Source: Acidobacteriota bacterium (GTDB lineage: Bacteria > Acidobacteriota > UBA890). Taken from it: DNA of 61,338 nucleotides. A program made the position numbers and the translations under genes. The stretch is taken from positions 1-61,338 of the forward strand of contig DASWHK010000225.1 in assembly GCA_036398215.1 (NCBI GenBank), in the 5' to 3' direction. Under the pieces are notes generated by a model, which did no database searches, was not told where the DNA came from, and was given only the letters and a program-made list of their open reading frames with translations. The number at the start of each line of letters is the position of its first letter. Position 1 is the stretch's first letter. Shown one piece after another: positions 61,314-61,338 of the stretch.

Positions 61314-61338
61314 GGGTTCCTCCGCGCCGGCCCGCAAA

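Noticed and set aside
1-61338. CRISPR arrays, rRNA genes, transposases/IS elements, prophage genes
   Set aside because: I saw no regularly spaced identical 25-40-bp repeats and no rRNA-like low-GC conserved blocks. No DDE/tyrosine/serine recombinase or phage structural motifs appeared in any supported ORF.

Overview
Very GC-rich bacterial chromosomal segment (about 70% GC by eye, not computed), densely coding. Most long ORFs in the track are Arg/Ala/Gly/Pro-rich antisense shadows. I support about 55 real genes, plus one tRNA and several gene remnants. Two PadR + ADOP duplicated-permease modules, choice-of-anchor-B and FG-GAP proteins, a TAXI-TRAP transporter and a six-gene Mrp antiporter point to an Acidobacteriota-like organism (inference only).

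Housekeeping and accessory content:
- two adjacent PPK2 genes, a DsbA lipoprotein, and two ECF sigma loci
- a CPA1 antiporter, a HEAT-cyclophilin lipoprotein, and mrpA(B)CDEFG
- two S9 peptidases, a sulfatase-TPR protein, moaA, an nfuA-like gene, and tRNA-Ser(CGA)

The most striking feature is the load of type II toxin-antitoxin modules. These are RHH-Doc, HigBA, BrnTA, Xre-RES, RHH-VapC and an AbrB antitoxin with a truncated PIN, plus ParD and PIN remnants.

Observations most worth follow-up:
1. The Doc module overlaps by ATGA with an ECF sigma factor that heads a YciI/DUF1428 cluster.
2. The RES toxin is intact but has no canonical start; a CTG sits in the CTGA overlap with the antitoxin stop.
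3. The TAXI-TRAP operon is split by a methyltransferase cargo. An internally deleted copy of the TAXI gene, with a duplicated TATAAT leader, still overlaps the permease start.
4. At four loci (RHH/doc, mrpA/mrpC, mrpG, the FGase gene), short tandem duplications re-copy the last codons and stop codon of a gene.
5. A decayed TA/lipoprotein zone lies at 57.9-59.6 kb.

I found no CRISPR array, integrase, transposase or rRNA. I cannot show a wholly new multi-gene system from sequence alone. All family calls come from motif recognition by eye, not database searches.
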